From Octopus sinensis (Eukaryota): 64,000 nucleotides of DNA. The stretch covers positions 85,622,001 to 85,686,000 of the forward strand of contig NC_043003.1 of the NCBI RefSeq assembly GCF_006345805.1, read 5' to 3'. A program made the position numbers and the translations under genes. Positions 23,553 to 38,500 of this stretch are shown in pieces (positions within the stretch are counted from its first letter, which is position 1; every line of letters starts with the position of its first letter). Under the pieces are notes generated by a model, which made no database searches, was not told where the DNA came from, and worked only from the letters and a program-made list of their open reading frames with translations.

Positions 23553-26500
23553 ACGAGGTGGTCAAGCATGACCTTTGTACTTTGAGTCTCACAGAGGCTA
23601 TGACGAAAGACTGAGACCTCTGGAGATATGCTTTGACTTCGAAGACCCGACAACTGAAGTGAGTTCTTGGTTCGCAGAACGGCCTGCTGTGCTAGCCTTG
23701 GACCCGCTGTTCTTGAGGAGACCTATTGAGTCAAGTACATCAAAATAAAAATTCAAATGGAAATTGTAGTTAAGACACCCGTACCGGTGACACGTAAAAA
23801 GCACCGTCCGAACGTGGCAGATGCCAGCGCCGCCTGACTGGCGTCCGTGTCGGTGACACGTAAAAGCACCAACCGATCGTGGCCGTTTGCCAGCCTGCTC
23901 TGGCCCCTGTGCCGGTGGCACGTAAAAAAGCACCCACTACACTCACGGAGTGGTTGGCGTTGGGAAGGGCATCAAGCTGTAGAAACTGCCAAATCAGACT
24001 GGAGTCTGGTGCAGCCTCCATGGCTTACCAGACCCTGGTCGAACCGTCCAACCCATGCTAGCATGGAAAATGGACGTTAAGTGATGATGATGATATGAGT
24101 GTAACTGGTTTAGTAGTATCATTGTGACTGCTACGAGAACAAAGGAGATATATTAGAGCAAGGAAATTTACAAAGCATCAAATTTTTGGACAAATTTTCG
24201 ATCACTTGTGATCAGGAGTGGAATTAACTTAGATGAGATGCAATTGGGCTTTATGGCTGGAAGAGGCACCACAGTTATCATCCTTGCAGGAAAAATACTT
24301 AGCTAAGAGTTAGCCTCTTTACCTAGCATTTTTTAGCTTCAACAAGGACTTTGACAGGATGTCATGCTCTGTATTTGGCTCATCACATAGGCAATTAAGT
24401 GCAGATAAATGGCTTTGTGAGGGCTGTACAAGCTATGTATAAAGATGCTGTTGGCAAAGTGAGTGTCAGTGATGAGTTTAGTGACATATTTAGTATAAAG
24501 GTATGTGTCCGACAGGGTTCATTCCTCAGCCCCTCTTATTCATCATAGTTGTACAGGCCTCACTAGGGAGTTCCATCATCATAGTTTAACGTCCGCTTTC
24601 CATGCTAGCATGGGTTGGACGGTCCAAGATTGATTAATCGTGTTTCTTTTATGTGCTGATAATCTGGTTTTCATAACTGAATCTGTTGTGTGTTGAGAAG
24701 TGAAAACCTGGCATCAAAAGGCCTTAAGGTAAACTTAGTAAAAACTAAAGTGTTTGTAACGAAATTGACAGGACTTTAGTCCCATGAGGAATATGGTCTT
24801 GCTAAATGAAAAAAAAGGACGGAAACCTTTTTATGGAAAAAATTATATGCAGAAAAGGAGTATGTAGAAACTTCATATTGTTGTACTCAGTGTTAGCTGT
24901 GGATAGACATGAGATGACAGGTTAACCACACAAGGTAGACTTTGTGCGAGGTAGATGCACTAGAGAAATAAAAGCTGAGAGCGCACTGGAGATAGATTCT
25001 CTTAGATACCTGGCAGGTTCACTAGAAGTAGTTGATAGCTAAGTGCCATAATTAGCAGTGATGGTTGTGGTTCCAAAAGTATAGTCACTTGGGTAAGAAC
25101 AGGATTGTTAAGATTCGTGGAAGCAGTATTAGTACAAAAAGGCAATCTTTTATATCCATCTTAACATGGATGTCTTGTTAGAAAGATGAATACTGCCATT
25201 GTTTTTGTCACTAATAATCATTTACTCTTTACTCTCTTTACTTGTTTCAGTCATTTAACTGCGGCCATGCTGGAGCACCGCCTTTAATCGAGCAACTCGG
25301 CCCCGGGACTTATTCTTTTGTAAGCCCAGTACTTATTCTATCGGTTTCTTTTGCCGAACCGCTAAGTGACGGGGACATAAACACACCAGCATCAGTTGTC
25401 AAGCAATGCTAGGGGGACAAACACAGGCACACAAACATACACGCACATACACACATATATATATATATATATATACATATATACGACGGGCTTCTTTCAG
25501 TTTCCGTCTACCAAATCCACTCACAAGGGTTTGGTCGGCCTGAGGCTATAGTAGAAGACACTTGCCCAAGGTGCCACACAGTGGGACTGAACCCGGAACC
25601 ATGTGGTTGGTAAACAAGCTACTTACCACACAGCCACTCCTGCGCCTATTTCTTAATCTATTTGCAATGTCTGTGGAAAGACACTGGTAATATATCATGG
25701 TAGCGAGATTTGGCTGTTACTGAACTTACATACACTGTCATATCTCACATGCTTGAACCCAATCTTATCTACCTCTTGTTCACCTTCCCCACTTCAGTCA
25801 TCTATCACTCATACTTGTTTATCTCATCTCCCTTCTACCTGTGGTACTTACTAATGATAAATGGTCCTCTCCACATCTTCATCCTCATCATTCTCCCTCC
25901 TACATCTTTCACTAAGCTTAGTGATGTAAAGGAAGAAAAAAGACGGAAGCGAAGAGAGAATTACTGTAGCCATACCTGTCGGTCCAGAAAAAGGGTCACT
26001 TTCAACATCCATGTGCTGTCTTGATCTCCAAGGTTCACTCCACGTCGCTGTACAGTCTCACATGTCCGCTCTGATGTGCTGTCCACTGCCAACTGGCACC
26101 TCGTGCTTTTCTGTTGCTGCATGTCCACCACTGCACTTCTGGTGGGATCCACAGGCCCCACTTCCAACAGGACATGCCTACTCCCTCACTTCCGATCCTT
26201 CCCTACAACACAGCCTGGCTCATAACCCCCCCCCCCCGATCTGAAGATCATTCAACCAACCTGCCCATGCCCTCTTCTTGACCCCGACCACATACCTTAT
26301 CTTGTCTTATAATCAGCCAACCAGTGAGGCAGGTGGCGCTCCCTCTGTGGGACTTCAAGACTGGCCTCAGTTCCCAGCATGTTCCTGCTGGCTTCATCCT
26401 CTTGTCCATTCCTGTTGGTCCCATCCTCTGTCACAGTGATGATCCTGTGCACATCCAAAACATGTCTTGGCATGCCATCTACGGATACATTGTTCCCCAA

Positions 26501-29500
26501 ATTCACAAAGGTTATTGTCCCCCTTCCCCACTGTGATGTACACTGCGCATTTGAGGGCTTAACCCAGACTTCTTCTCCGACCTGCACAAAGGCATGCTCT
26601 TTCTCTTTTGCAGGATGCGGCAATGCAGTACATGGATGTCTTCACTTGTACTTGAATATTGCCCTGTGTGGCACCTACTCCTCAGCCTGTCCTGTCCTGG
26701 GTGACATATTATACCAAAAAATGGCCTCGACCAGTGAGATGTGGCCCCTCCCTGCTATGGTCTTGATGGTACGATGATGCCTCTCTACAACCCCATTGCC
26801 ACTTGGCCTGTATGCCGCCCTGAAGAAACGGCTGACATGTCACTTGTCGAGCATTTCCCCCAGCACCTCCAAGCGAAACGCACTGCCATTGTCCACAAGC
26901 AGCTCATCCACAGGATGATCCTAGATATGCAAAATACAACCTGTCTCATCACAAGTTTGCATGCACAAGGGACAGACTGAAGTTAGCTATTTACTAGAGT
27001 GCTTGAAGTTAAGTCTTGACAAAAATTGGAGTTTATGGCCAACCCAATAGATGACAAATAAGTGGAGAAAGCACAGGGTTTTGAGATCTCTTTATTCTTA
27101 TCTTAGGACTTAATAACCTTTCTAATGGTAATGACACCATGAGAAAATGCATGTAGTACACTTTGTAATGTGGTTGATAAGGTTGACATCCAGCCATAAA
27201 AACCAAGTTATATGGCATGCATAAACACCTAAACACCAGTCTGTTAGAGCAGCAGCTTCCCAAAAAAACTTTGTATTGTAATGCCTTGTCCAACCTATGC
27301 CAGCATGGAAAGTGGATGTAAAAATGATGTTCGTGTTTTGTCATATATGTATATATATGAGTGACCTAGTGGTTCGGGTGTTGCACTCATAATTTCAAGA
27401 TTATACTTTCAATTCCTGAAGTGATTGGTGCATTGCATTCTTGAGAAAATCAAAACACTTCATTTCACGTTGCTCTTTGAATGCTTAAACATCCATGCAG
27501 CTATACAGGTAATGTGTATATACACACTCAATGTGTGGGTGCTACTTTAGCATGCAGTCTGCTACAATATCCATAGTCTACACTGGGAAATAACCTGATC
27601 TGGGTTAGGATTAAGGTTAGGGTTAAACTGTACACTAAAGAGGAATCACTGTTTGTGTGTATGACTGGGCTGTGACCACTGAAGATTTGCGCAGGCTTGA
27701 AAGAAATGAAGCTAGTGTGCTTCGCTGGATGTGTAATGTTAGTGTGCATGTACAAGAGAGTGTTAGTGTCTTGAGAGAAAAGTTGGGCATAAGAGGCATC
27801 AGATGTGGTGTGCAAGAGAGATAACTGTGTTGGTATGGTTATGTGATACATATAGACGAGGAAAGCTGTGTAAAGAAGTGCCAATCTTTAACTATGGAAG
27901 GAACCTATGGAAGAGGTAGTGCTAGAAAGATATGGGATGAGGTGGTGAAGCATGATCTTCTAATGTTGGGCCTCATGGAGGTGATGACAAGTGACTGAGG
28001 CCCCTGGCGATATGCCGTGTGTGATAAGGCTCATCAGGCCAAGTGAAATAGTAGTTGTGGCCATGCAAATGGCACCTGTAAGTCATAGTTTTGGTTGCTA
28101 CTGGTGCCATGTAAATGACACCTGTGAAATTGAAGTTGAGCTGTTGCTGGTGCTTTGTAAATGGTACCTGTGAATCATTGTCATTGACGGTGTCAGGTAA
28201 GCGGTACCTATGAATCATAATTCTGGTCGTTGATAGTGCCATGCAAATGGCACCCATGAATTGTTGTTGTGATTGATGCCAGTACCATGTAAAGGGTACG
28301 CATGAAGTGTTGTGGTGGTCATTGCTGGTGCCATATAAACGGCACCCGTGAATTGTAGTCGTAGTTGTTGCCAGTGTCATGTAGATGGCTGGTGGCACAT
28401 AAAAGCACCCATTTCACTCCTTGAGTGGTTGGTGTTAGGAAGGGCATCCAGCTGTAGAAACCTTGCCAAATCAAACTGGAACCTAGCGCAGCTCTCCAGC
28501 TTATCAGCTCCAGTCAAATTGTCTAACCCATGCCAGCATAGATAGTGGATGTTAAAATGATGATGTATTGAAATTAGTAAGATTACAAATTTAATTGTGA
28601 ATCAGTATTTTCATTTATTAAAGATGTTTCTGCCAAGGATCACTATGCAGGCACAAGGACTGAAATTTTCTGTGAAGGGGCAAGTTGATTGCATCAATCT
28701 AAATGCTCATCATCATCATTGTTTAACATCTGCCTTCCTTGCTGGCATGGGTTGGACGTTTTTACAGGAGCTGGCAAGATAGGAGCCTGCATCAGACTTC
28801 TGTGTCTGTTTTGGCAGGGTTTTTACAGCTGGATACCCTTCCTAACACCAACCACTCAGCAGAGTTGACTGAGTGGTTTTTACATGGCTCCAGCAAAGGC
28901 AAGGTTTTTACGGCTGGATGCCTTTCTGAATGCCAACCATTTTACTGTGTGAACTGGATGCTTTTTTATGTGGCATCTGCACTGGCAGGATTGCCAAGTG
29001 ACTTGCATGACAAAGATCCTTCGGCTGATACTTATTTTATCAACTCTGAAAGGATGAGAGACGAAGTTGACCTTGACAGAATTTGAACTCCCGATGTAAA
29101 GCCAGAAGAAATATCATTAAGCTTTTTGTCTGGTATAATGATTCTGTCAGCTTGCTTAGTACTAAAAAGGGATAGTCAATAAATGCAGTAATGACAACAG
29201 TAATTTATATGTTTTACTTAAGTTTTTATCACATTTATTTTTCTTGGTGTCTTTGTCAAATTATTCTCATTAAATCATGCTAAAAAAAAAATTATGATTT
29301 TTTTGTTTCAGCGCAAAGTCCTGGCTGACACAGCAAACTGTTCCAGCAAGTTGCCCAAGTTAACACCAAAGTTAACAAAAAGAAAAAGCAGCCTAAATGA
29401 GGTAATTAAAATAGTTATTTACTTAAATCTAATAATAAGTTTTAGATTCTATTGTTTTTTAATCAACTGTTATTTTACTGAGGAAGAGCATATTAGAATG

Positions 29501-32500
29501 TTGAATTGTGTTCGAAAACTCAGTATTGTTTTAGATCTTCCCAAAATTTTAATTATCTATAATATCTATTGAAATGTAGAAGTAGCAATAGTACTAGTAA
29601 TAGTAGTATTTACTGAAATAGTTTTGTATAATGTCTTTATGTATTTTTTTTTTCTGGTTAGTCACATCTATTGTGTATTTTTCTTTGTGCTGAGAACCCA
29701 GGACCGACATTGTCCAGTATGCTCTAATCTAAGTTGAAGTGTGATTTGAAGGAAATTTGGTTGCTGTTTCTAGCAAATTGACAGTCATTAGAACATAGGG
29801 CAAAATACCTTTTCATACTTGTTCCTTCTCTCAGAGTTTCAATTCTACTGAGCTCAAATTTAACTTTAGTCCTTGAGGGTCCACACAGACACCTCATCAC
29901 TACTCTTTTATCTCTTCCCTGCTCCACCCCTATCACCCTCCATCCTCTCATCTAAAAACATGAATAGTCATGTGAAGTAATGTGGCTTAGTGATTAAGGT
30001 ATTCAGCTCACAGTTGTGAGTTCAATTCCTAGTGGCGTGTTATATCCTTAATTTCACATTGCTCTAGTCCTCTCACCTAGTGCAAATGCACAGTAGCTGT
30101 AATTTAAAAGGGCCAGCCTTGTCTTATTCTATGCCACACTGAATCCCCATGACAACAATATTAAGGGTACATGTGTCTGTGGAGTGCCGATGTTAATTTC
30201 ACATGCAGGGTGATCCATTATTCAGATCACCTGGAACCCTTGTTATTGTAGCCATGGAGTGCCTGCCATATAGTCCCTCTACAACAAGAGACCTGTTCTG
30301 CTCTTGCCTCTTCTCTTATACTTTTACCCCTTATTTCCTTGCATAAAGCTTCTCCCTCAGGACTTGTAGTTTTGCAAGCTGCATGGCGACCCCACTAGTG
30401 TTGGTGGTTTGGAAAATGCACTCATTACACTTTGTGAAGTGGCATTGAGAAGGGCATCATGCTATAGAAACCATGCCAAAGCAGTCTTTGGGCTTATTGG
30501 ATCCTGTCAAACAGTTTAACCCATGCCTGCATGGAATATGGACATAAAATGATGATAATTTTAGTGTCAGTAAAATAAAATACATTAATGTCTTAACATA
30601 AAAAGAAAAAGGCATAACATTCGAGTGAGGTCGTTTCCAGTGCCGCTGGACTGGCTCCTGTGCAGGTGGAATGTAAAAGACACCATTTGAGCATGGCCGT
30701 TGCTAGTACCGCCTGACTGGCCCTCGTGCCAGTGGCACATAAAAGGTCACCATTCGAGCGTGATCATTACCAAAGTCGCCTTACTGGCACCTGTGCTGGT
30801 GGCATGTGTAAAAGGATTCAAGCGAGGTCATTGCCAGTACCGCCTGACTGGCCCCCGTGCAGGTGGCACGTAAAAAGCACCCACTACACTCTGAGTGGTT
30901 GGCATTAGGAAGGGCATCCAGCTGTAGAAACTCTGCTAAATCAAGATTGGAGCCTGGTGCAGCCATCTGGTTCACCAGTCCTCAGTCAAAATCGTCCAAC
31001 CCATGCTAGCATGGAAAGCGGATGTTAAACGATAATGATGATATGTGTGTCATACTGTTATCTTCCTTTGTCATCACATGATACATGTAAACAAGTTTCA
31101 CCATCACACAAGTAGTTTCCTTCATTTCCAATCTTCTGTAAAAACATGACTACTCGCAAGGAAATATTACCTTTGTAACGAAGGATCGGTTATCGATTCA
31201 CTGAAAGGGTGTCGATATTCGATCTGGTTACATACAATTTTATAAGACAATACTGACGAAGTCAGGTTGTAGGTAAAAAGACAGCAGTTCGTTTATTTAT
31301 TGCGATGTCGTACGTGTGTCTGATGGGAGAAAGACAGCCTCTGATATACAGCTTCGTGTTAGTTTGTTGAAGTTTGTTGATGGTCGTTGGCGGCTATGTC
31401 GGTGTGGAGGTTGTCAGAGCCTGTTGAATGTACGTCCGATCGCGATGCTGACTTGCTGGAGAGGAAGATTTGAGCTTGGCGGGCTTGAGGGAATGTTTCC
31501 CGCACATGCGCATGGGGAAGACTTCCGGTGGCCACCCGGAAGTAGTCCCATTCTGTGCATGCGCGCTGAACCCTACACAGTAGCATCACTACATCTTCCT
31601 TTGTCATCACATGATATATGTAAACAAGTTTCACCATCACACAAGTAGTTTCCTTCATTTCCAATCTTCTGTAAAAACATGACTACTCGCAAGGAAATAT
31701 TACCTTAATTGGAAATGGTTGAGGCTTGGTGATTGGAAGGGCATCTGATTGTAGAAAATCTTCTTCAGCAAATTCTGTCTGATTTATGCAAGCATGAAGA
31801 AGTGGTTGTTAAAATGATGATGATTCTTAGAAATAAATAAACGTTTCATTGAATATTTCTCTTTGACTAGAGTGAACCAGGGAAAAAGAGGAGGCTTGAA
31901 AAGCCCGTCTATAAGGTCAAAACTAATGTGGCACCCAGTTCCCGTATAGCAAGTTCTCGAAATACTTTAGTTTACAATCCAAGGCGAGGTAAGTTTGCTT
32001 TCAAAATATCATTATTAACTCTTTAGCATTTAATCAGGCCATATCCAGATCAAATATTCTACCATTTTCTATGTTAAAACTGACCAGATTCAACCAATCA
32101 CACCTACTCTACAATGTCATTCTAAGAACATACAAACACACCATTGAAATTGCAAAGCTACAAGATAATGTATGGTTAATTCAAAGCAAAATAGATGAAT
32201 AAGTATTACATCTGACAAAGCAACCTGAATGCTAAAGGGTTAATGTTTCTCATTGTTTAAAAAATTTCTTTAATTATTAATTTTTAATTAAAAAAAAAAA
32301 TCTTTTGTGTCATTCATAAAAAATATTTTTTTTATACATAGGCGCAGGAGTGGCTGTGTGGTAAGTATCTTGCTTACCAGCCACATGGTTCTGGGTTCAG
32401 TCTCACTGCGTGGCACCTTGGGCAAGTGTCTTCTTCTATAGCCTCAGGCCGACCAAAGCCTTGTGAGTGGATTTGGTAGACGGAAACTGAAAGAAGCCTG

Positions 32501-35500
32501 TCATATATATGTATATATATATATATATGTTTGTGTGTGTGTTTGTCCCCCCAACATCGCTTGACAACCGATGCTGGTGTGTTTACGTCCCCGTAACTTA
32601 GTGGTTTGGCAAAAGAGACTGATAGAATAAGTAGAAGGCTTACAAAGAATACGTCCCGGGGTCAATTTGCTCGACTAAAAGGCAGTGCTCTAGCATGGCC
32701 GCAGTCAAATGACAAATAAGTAAAAGAGTAAAAGAGTTACAATTTATTTTATAAATGTAATTTTATTTTGTTATGCATTGGCATATCTGTATGGTTAAGA
32801 AGTTTGTTTTGCAATCTCTTAGTTTCAAATTCAGTCCCATCGCTCAACATCTTGGGCAAATGTGTTCTTTTATAGCTCTATGCCAACCAGTGCTTTGTGA
32901 GTGAATCTGGAAGACATTGTGTGGAAGCCAGTACACACACACATGTTAAAACTTGTTTTTATGTTATAAAAATACAATCTTACATTAAACTGAAGGATTA
33001 CTCAGTACTTTTGTAGAATACAAATTTAATTATTCTTCAACAAGAATAATATTGACAGGAACTTCAGAGTTTCAGCCAGCTAAGCAATCATTGGACTGTA
33101 GTACATTTTGAGTTCATCTTGGCTTTATTTAGTCTCAGCTAAAAGTTTCTAGTGTAAACTGATATTGTTGAATGATAATTAGGATGTAGGATAAGTTATG
33201 ATGGAGGGGTGTTGTAGAAAATTTTATTCATTAAATTTAGGATTGTGTTATTCAGAATTTATTCATCTATGTAGAATTTTTGTTATCAGGTTTGTCTATT
33301 TAGGTATGTCAGCATGGCTGCAGTCCCATGACTGAAGCAAATAAGCTAAAAGATGTGTGTGTGTGTGTATATATATATACACACACACTCACGGAGTGGT
33401 TGGCGTTAGGAAGGGCATCCAGCCGTAGAAACATTGCCAGATCAGACTGGGCCTGGTGCAGCCTTCTGGCTTCCCAGACCCCAGTTGAACCGTCCAACCC
33501 ATGCTAGCATGGAAAGCGGACGCTAAACGATATATGATTTGGGTCCCATGCTTGTAGTTAGAAATATATTATTTTACATTTTGGCTAAAATTACAATGTA
33601 TTTACAATGATTTTGTTCCCTTGGACTCTAATTTAGCATAGCAGTCAGATATTACAAAAGTAAAATTTATTGTATTTCACTGTGTCTAGAAACTATGCCT
33701 GCACGTGGAAATGCTATTATGAATAGTACTGTTGCTAAACCAGATAAAAGTGTTGCTGCAGTTAGACCAACTTTGTCTGTCTCTCCTATTGAAGCAAGTA
33801 AACAAAGTAAGTAGGTTATTGTTTCTTTCTTTCTCTCTTCTTTTTTTGTCTAACCTCACCACTTAGTGTATGGGTAATTAAAGACATAATTACCAGTTGT
33901 CACAGCTTTTCTTTTTTTTTTTTTTTACCCCATTTGGCACCCTATCAATTTTGTAAGAGGAAGTGGCATGCTTGACAAAAATCAATTCTACCCATTTTTT
34001 CTCCTGGTGTGTGTCTTGGACACAGACTTTCAAAGCTACTAATACAGAGAATCACTGCTTTTCACAAGAATACTGTGGTTATAGGGATTTACATCTTTAA
34101 TCCCATTTTAAAGTGCAAACAGTATTAAGAAATTCATTCAAGATTTGCAACTCTTGTCTTTTGAAAGAAGCCTGCAAAACACCAGTATCTGTTGATTAAA
34201 TTGTTCTTCACCGTTACGTTTATTTTGTTGATTTCTGCTGGTAAAGATGAAAGGTAAAGTTGGTATTCTATTGATACTTTATTTATTGCAGAGAAGTGAA
34301 GCAGCCAAGATTTTAACTTAGACTGAGAGAATATATTTATATTAAAATAGAATATATTTTATTTACTCTGGCATTACTTTGGTAGTATTGATAGACAACT
34401 ATTAATTATTACGATCTATGTGTTGCCAATGTTTGAGCTTCGTCAGTGAAACTTTGGTAAAATTTGTTATTCTTTGTTATAACCGGCTACTGTTCTTATA
34501 GCTACTGCTATTTTTGGCTGTTAAAGGTTTTAATGGAACTATCTGAGATTACACCAATTTAGATATTGTTTTTTATTTTCTGTGTGAATGGAATCTAAAT
34601 TTTTGGCTGAGTTTCATGTTCCCACACTATGTTTTGACTTTGTCTTTAATACTTTTTGGGAACAGGGTGGGTAAGTTTAATAAAATAACAGTAATATACT
34701 AGGGATGATTTAGTCAGTTATTTTCCCCTATCAAATTGATTTTGAGCTTCAGGTAAAAATTATGTTGAGACCAAGAGACTAAATTTGATAAGCTTTTTTA
34801 AAGTGTTCAATTTTTACTTACTGTATGCAGTAAGTTTTTCTTTGCCATGTTGTATAATATGTACTAGTTGAGTAATTAGATGGAAGACTTTAACCACTTA
34901 ACCATCTATAGTGATTCATTTTACTGGAACCTTCTTTTATAGATATAATGACAGTTATATGACTAAATGCTACATTATTTTCAAATTTTTTTGAAACAAA
35001 GGCTATGTGTTTCAATGCAAATAATGTAACTCAGCCCTGCATTTCCATATAATACCTACTTAGAGGTATATGGATTGTGTCATTTACGTTAAATGCTTTC
35101 ACTAAGTGCTTAACATCTTTGCATCAGTGACAGAATAAAAATTTTCTAGAAGATTGCATTCTATTTATCTCTTCTGACTGTAAATGCCTGTAGATTTGCA
35201 ATATATGGTAATGCCTTGATATACGAGTTAATTTGTTCCTAGGAAAGTGTTTTACCTATAAAATTTATAATACTCATAAATAAATGGCAATAAAACAACA
35301 GGAGAATGTAAAGAATATTTTATGTAAATTAAAAAGAATGTCAAGATCATTTATAATAAAAAATATTATTATCGTTTTCTGAATGACTTTCACTTGGCTT
35401 TGTTTTTCCCGTTGTATTGCCATCATGCATTTTTACAATTTCATACTTTGCTCCCAAAGTAATGGATTTTCATTTCTTTTTGTTCCCCTTGGTGTCCATT

Positions 35501-38500
35501 GTACTTATGTTTAGACATATTGGGTAGGTTTTCAAAAATGCTAAAAATAATAGTGTAAATACATGTATACTATATAAAATATGCGGCATGAAGACTTAAC
35601 TTATAATAATCTCTCTCAACAAAGTGCGAGCACAAACTAAGGCTGTTTAGCCTTTTTATTATAAAATAAAACTCGTAAACCTGGTGTCTTGTAAAACGGG
35701 TCCTCATAAAGTGAGGTATTACTGTTGTTATACTTTTAACTTTCTGGGCAAACTTCTTCTTTTCTGCTACATCTTTGGCTATGTATACCTGCCGCCCAGC
35801 CTCCCTTTTGGCTACCTGGTACAGTTCCCTGCTACCCCCATCCCTCCAGGCTTTCCAGGCCTGTTTCTTTGCACTAATGGCTATGTCTACTGCACTATTC
35901 CACCACCACGTAACTCTAGGTCTGGAAGGGACTTTGCACCATCCACAGACTTGGTCTGTGGCACTCAGCAAGCTGTCTCGTAGGAATTTCCAGCTACCTT
36001 CTATGTCCGACGTCTGTAGCTCCTCCTCCCTCTCATCAAATTTCTTGATGAGGATGTCCCTAAATCTCTGACCATGTGAAGGGTTCTTTAGCTTCCAAAT
36101 CCTTCTTTTCTGGATTGGTCTGTTTCTTGCAATCCTTCTGGCCTCAAGCCTAAAATCACTAATGATTAGCCTATGCTGAGGGGGTACATTCTTCACCCTG
36201 GAGGGTCTTTGTATTTAAGAGCAACCCTGCATCCCGCTGTCTGGTGAGGATGAAGTCTATTTGGCTAGCGGAGTCTCCTGACTGATAGGTTATTAGGTGG
36301 CAGTCAGGCTTCCTGAAGTTAGTGTTGCAGATTAAAAGGTTACATGCATCACAGAATTCCAGTAGTCTAGTTCCCTCATCATTTCTGGTGCCAATACCAT
36401 GGCCACCGTGTACCCCAGTGAAAATAAAATGACTAAGTATAATTTGTTTGCAACTGCAAATTTTAAATTTTGGTGAAAATCAATGCAAATTTGATTATAC
36501 ATATTCAGAAGTTAGTTGTAGACAATAGATGAATGACATGTTTCAAATAGGAAGGCATGATTTTCAATCAGCTGGTGATATTTATGCAATACAGGTATTA
36601 GATTAATAGATTGCCTGTTCCTGATAATATCCTCAGTTGTGAAGTATAGTAAATAATTAATCTCTGTAATTTGAGGGATATATGTCCTGTAAGCATGGCT
36701 GTATTTCTTCTCAGTCCTGGCACTGGGATGTCTAGTACTATAGGCCCAGGCTGGTCAAAGCCTTGTGAATGGATTTGGTTGATGGAAACTGAAAAGAAGT
36801 CCATTATGTGTATAAAAAGCATCCAGTACAGTCTGTAAAGTGATTGGCATTAGGAAGGGCATCCAATTGTAGAAATCATGACAAAACAGACATTGGAGCT
36901 TGGTGTGGCTTCTGGCCTTGCCAGCTCTTGTCAAACTGTCCAACCCATGCCAGCATGGAAAACTTTCTCACTATAAAATGGTGTTTGGATCATAAATAAA
37001 CATGAAATTTTGATGGATAGTTTTAATTTAGAATACTTTAAAACAAGAAGCTTGTATCATAGAACCAGGGGCTATCTTGTGCGGGTTGGTATCAAAAGTG
37101 TTAAGGAGCAAGGGCTCCTAACCCTAACCCTAATTCTTTTTTTTTTTTTTGGGATGGGGTGATTCAGCCTGGTACTCGTCAGTTTGAAAACCATGCTAGG
37201 ATTGCATGGTTTTACAACTGGCATCACCAACCAGTCTGTGGAATATTTGATACCAAACTACACAAAAAGAGTAAATTTTAAAATTGCATTTATTTTTATT
37301 GACTATTGCTGTCTGCTTGGTGTTTTTACACAATATATATGTATTATATGTGTAATGATTGAATTATATAGTTATCATTTGACATCAGTTTTCTATGCTG
37401 GCATGGGTTGGACAATTTGACAAGAGCTGAAGAGCTGCCCACGCTCCATGTCTGTTTTGGCATGGTTTCTATGGTTGGCTGCCTTTCCACTTTATAAGGT
37501 GGATGCCAACCACTTTATAAGGTGTACTGGATGCAGCTATGGTACGGGTGGTTTACACTTTGTGTTTTGTAATGTGCCTGATCCTCTGGTCCATGGAAAA
37601 ATTGTCTTGCATGAAGCCAGTCCATGGTGCAAAAGAGGTCAGAGCCTGCTGATTTATATTAATACTTTTTCTTTCTTTTTTGTTTTAAAGAGTTGAAAAA
37701 AAGACCCGCATGGGACCTGAAGGGTCGTATTCAAGACATGGAAGAGCAGTTAAAAAACAAGAATACATTAGAACGACAATTATATGCGATGACTAGTCGT
37801 ATTGATCAACTGGAGAGTCAAAAAGAACATTTGACTGGCACTGTTAATGAGAAGGAAGAATTTGCCACTAACGTTTCTAAAGAAGTTGAAGATTTAAAGC
37901 GTACCTTGCGGTAAGATTTTGCTCTTTTGATTTTTTAGCATTCCTATGATCTGGTAGCCCATTTCATCTCATTACACCCAATATCATTATAGGTCATTTG
38001 AACTAGCTATTGTCAGCCATTTTCTTACTTTTAGTGAAAAACAACAATTTTGAGCTCTACAGTTGCTCCTTTGAATTTTTTTCATTCATATTTTTTGTTA
38101 ATTTTGTTTGTTCATTCTTGAGCCATGCCTGGCTTATAAGGGCCGGTTTCCTTGGCGTATAGGTTCCCCACCTGGATGGGATGCCGGTCCGTTGCAGGGG
38201 AGCTGCAAGATGCAGGAGGAAAGAGTGAGAGAAAGTTGTGGCGAAAGAATCAGCAGAAGTTCACCATTACCTTCTGCCAGAGCCACGTGGAGCTTAGGTG
38301 TTTCACTCATAAACACACACATCGCCCGGTCTGAGATTCAAACCCGCGATCCCTCGACCGCGAGTCCGCTGCTCTAACCACTAGGCCATTTGCCTCCACT
38401 TTTTTGTTAGTAAGGAAAGAAAATATGGATTTTGTAAATTTTGACTTATAATGAAATAAGGGTGAAACTATTTTACATTTCTTTATTTTTGTTCCACAGT

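Noticed and set aside
35570-36196. 208-aa ORF as a nested antisense gene
   Set aside because: It is a frameshifted RTE endonuclease/linker fragment running into unrelated intron sequence.
37118-37135. Telomeric (CCCTAA)n seeds (also ~4030-4055, ~7035-7050, ~27605-27625)
   Set aside because: Only 2-3 units, embedded in MITE or other repeat interiors; no evidence of a telomere or healed break.
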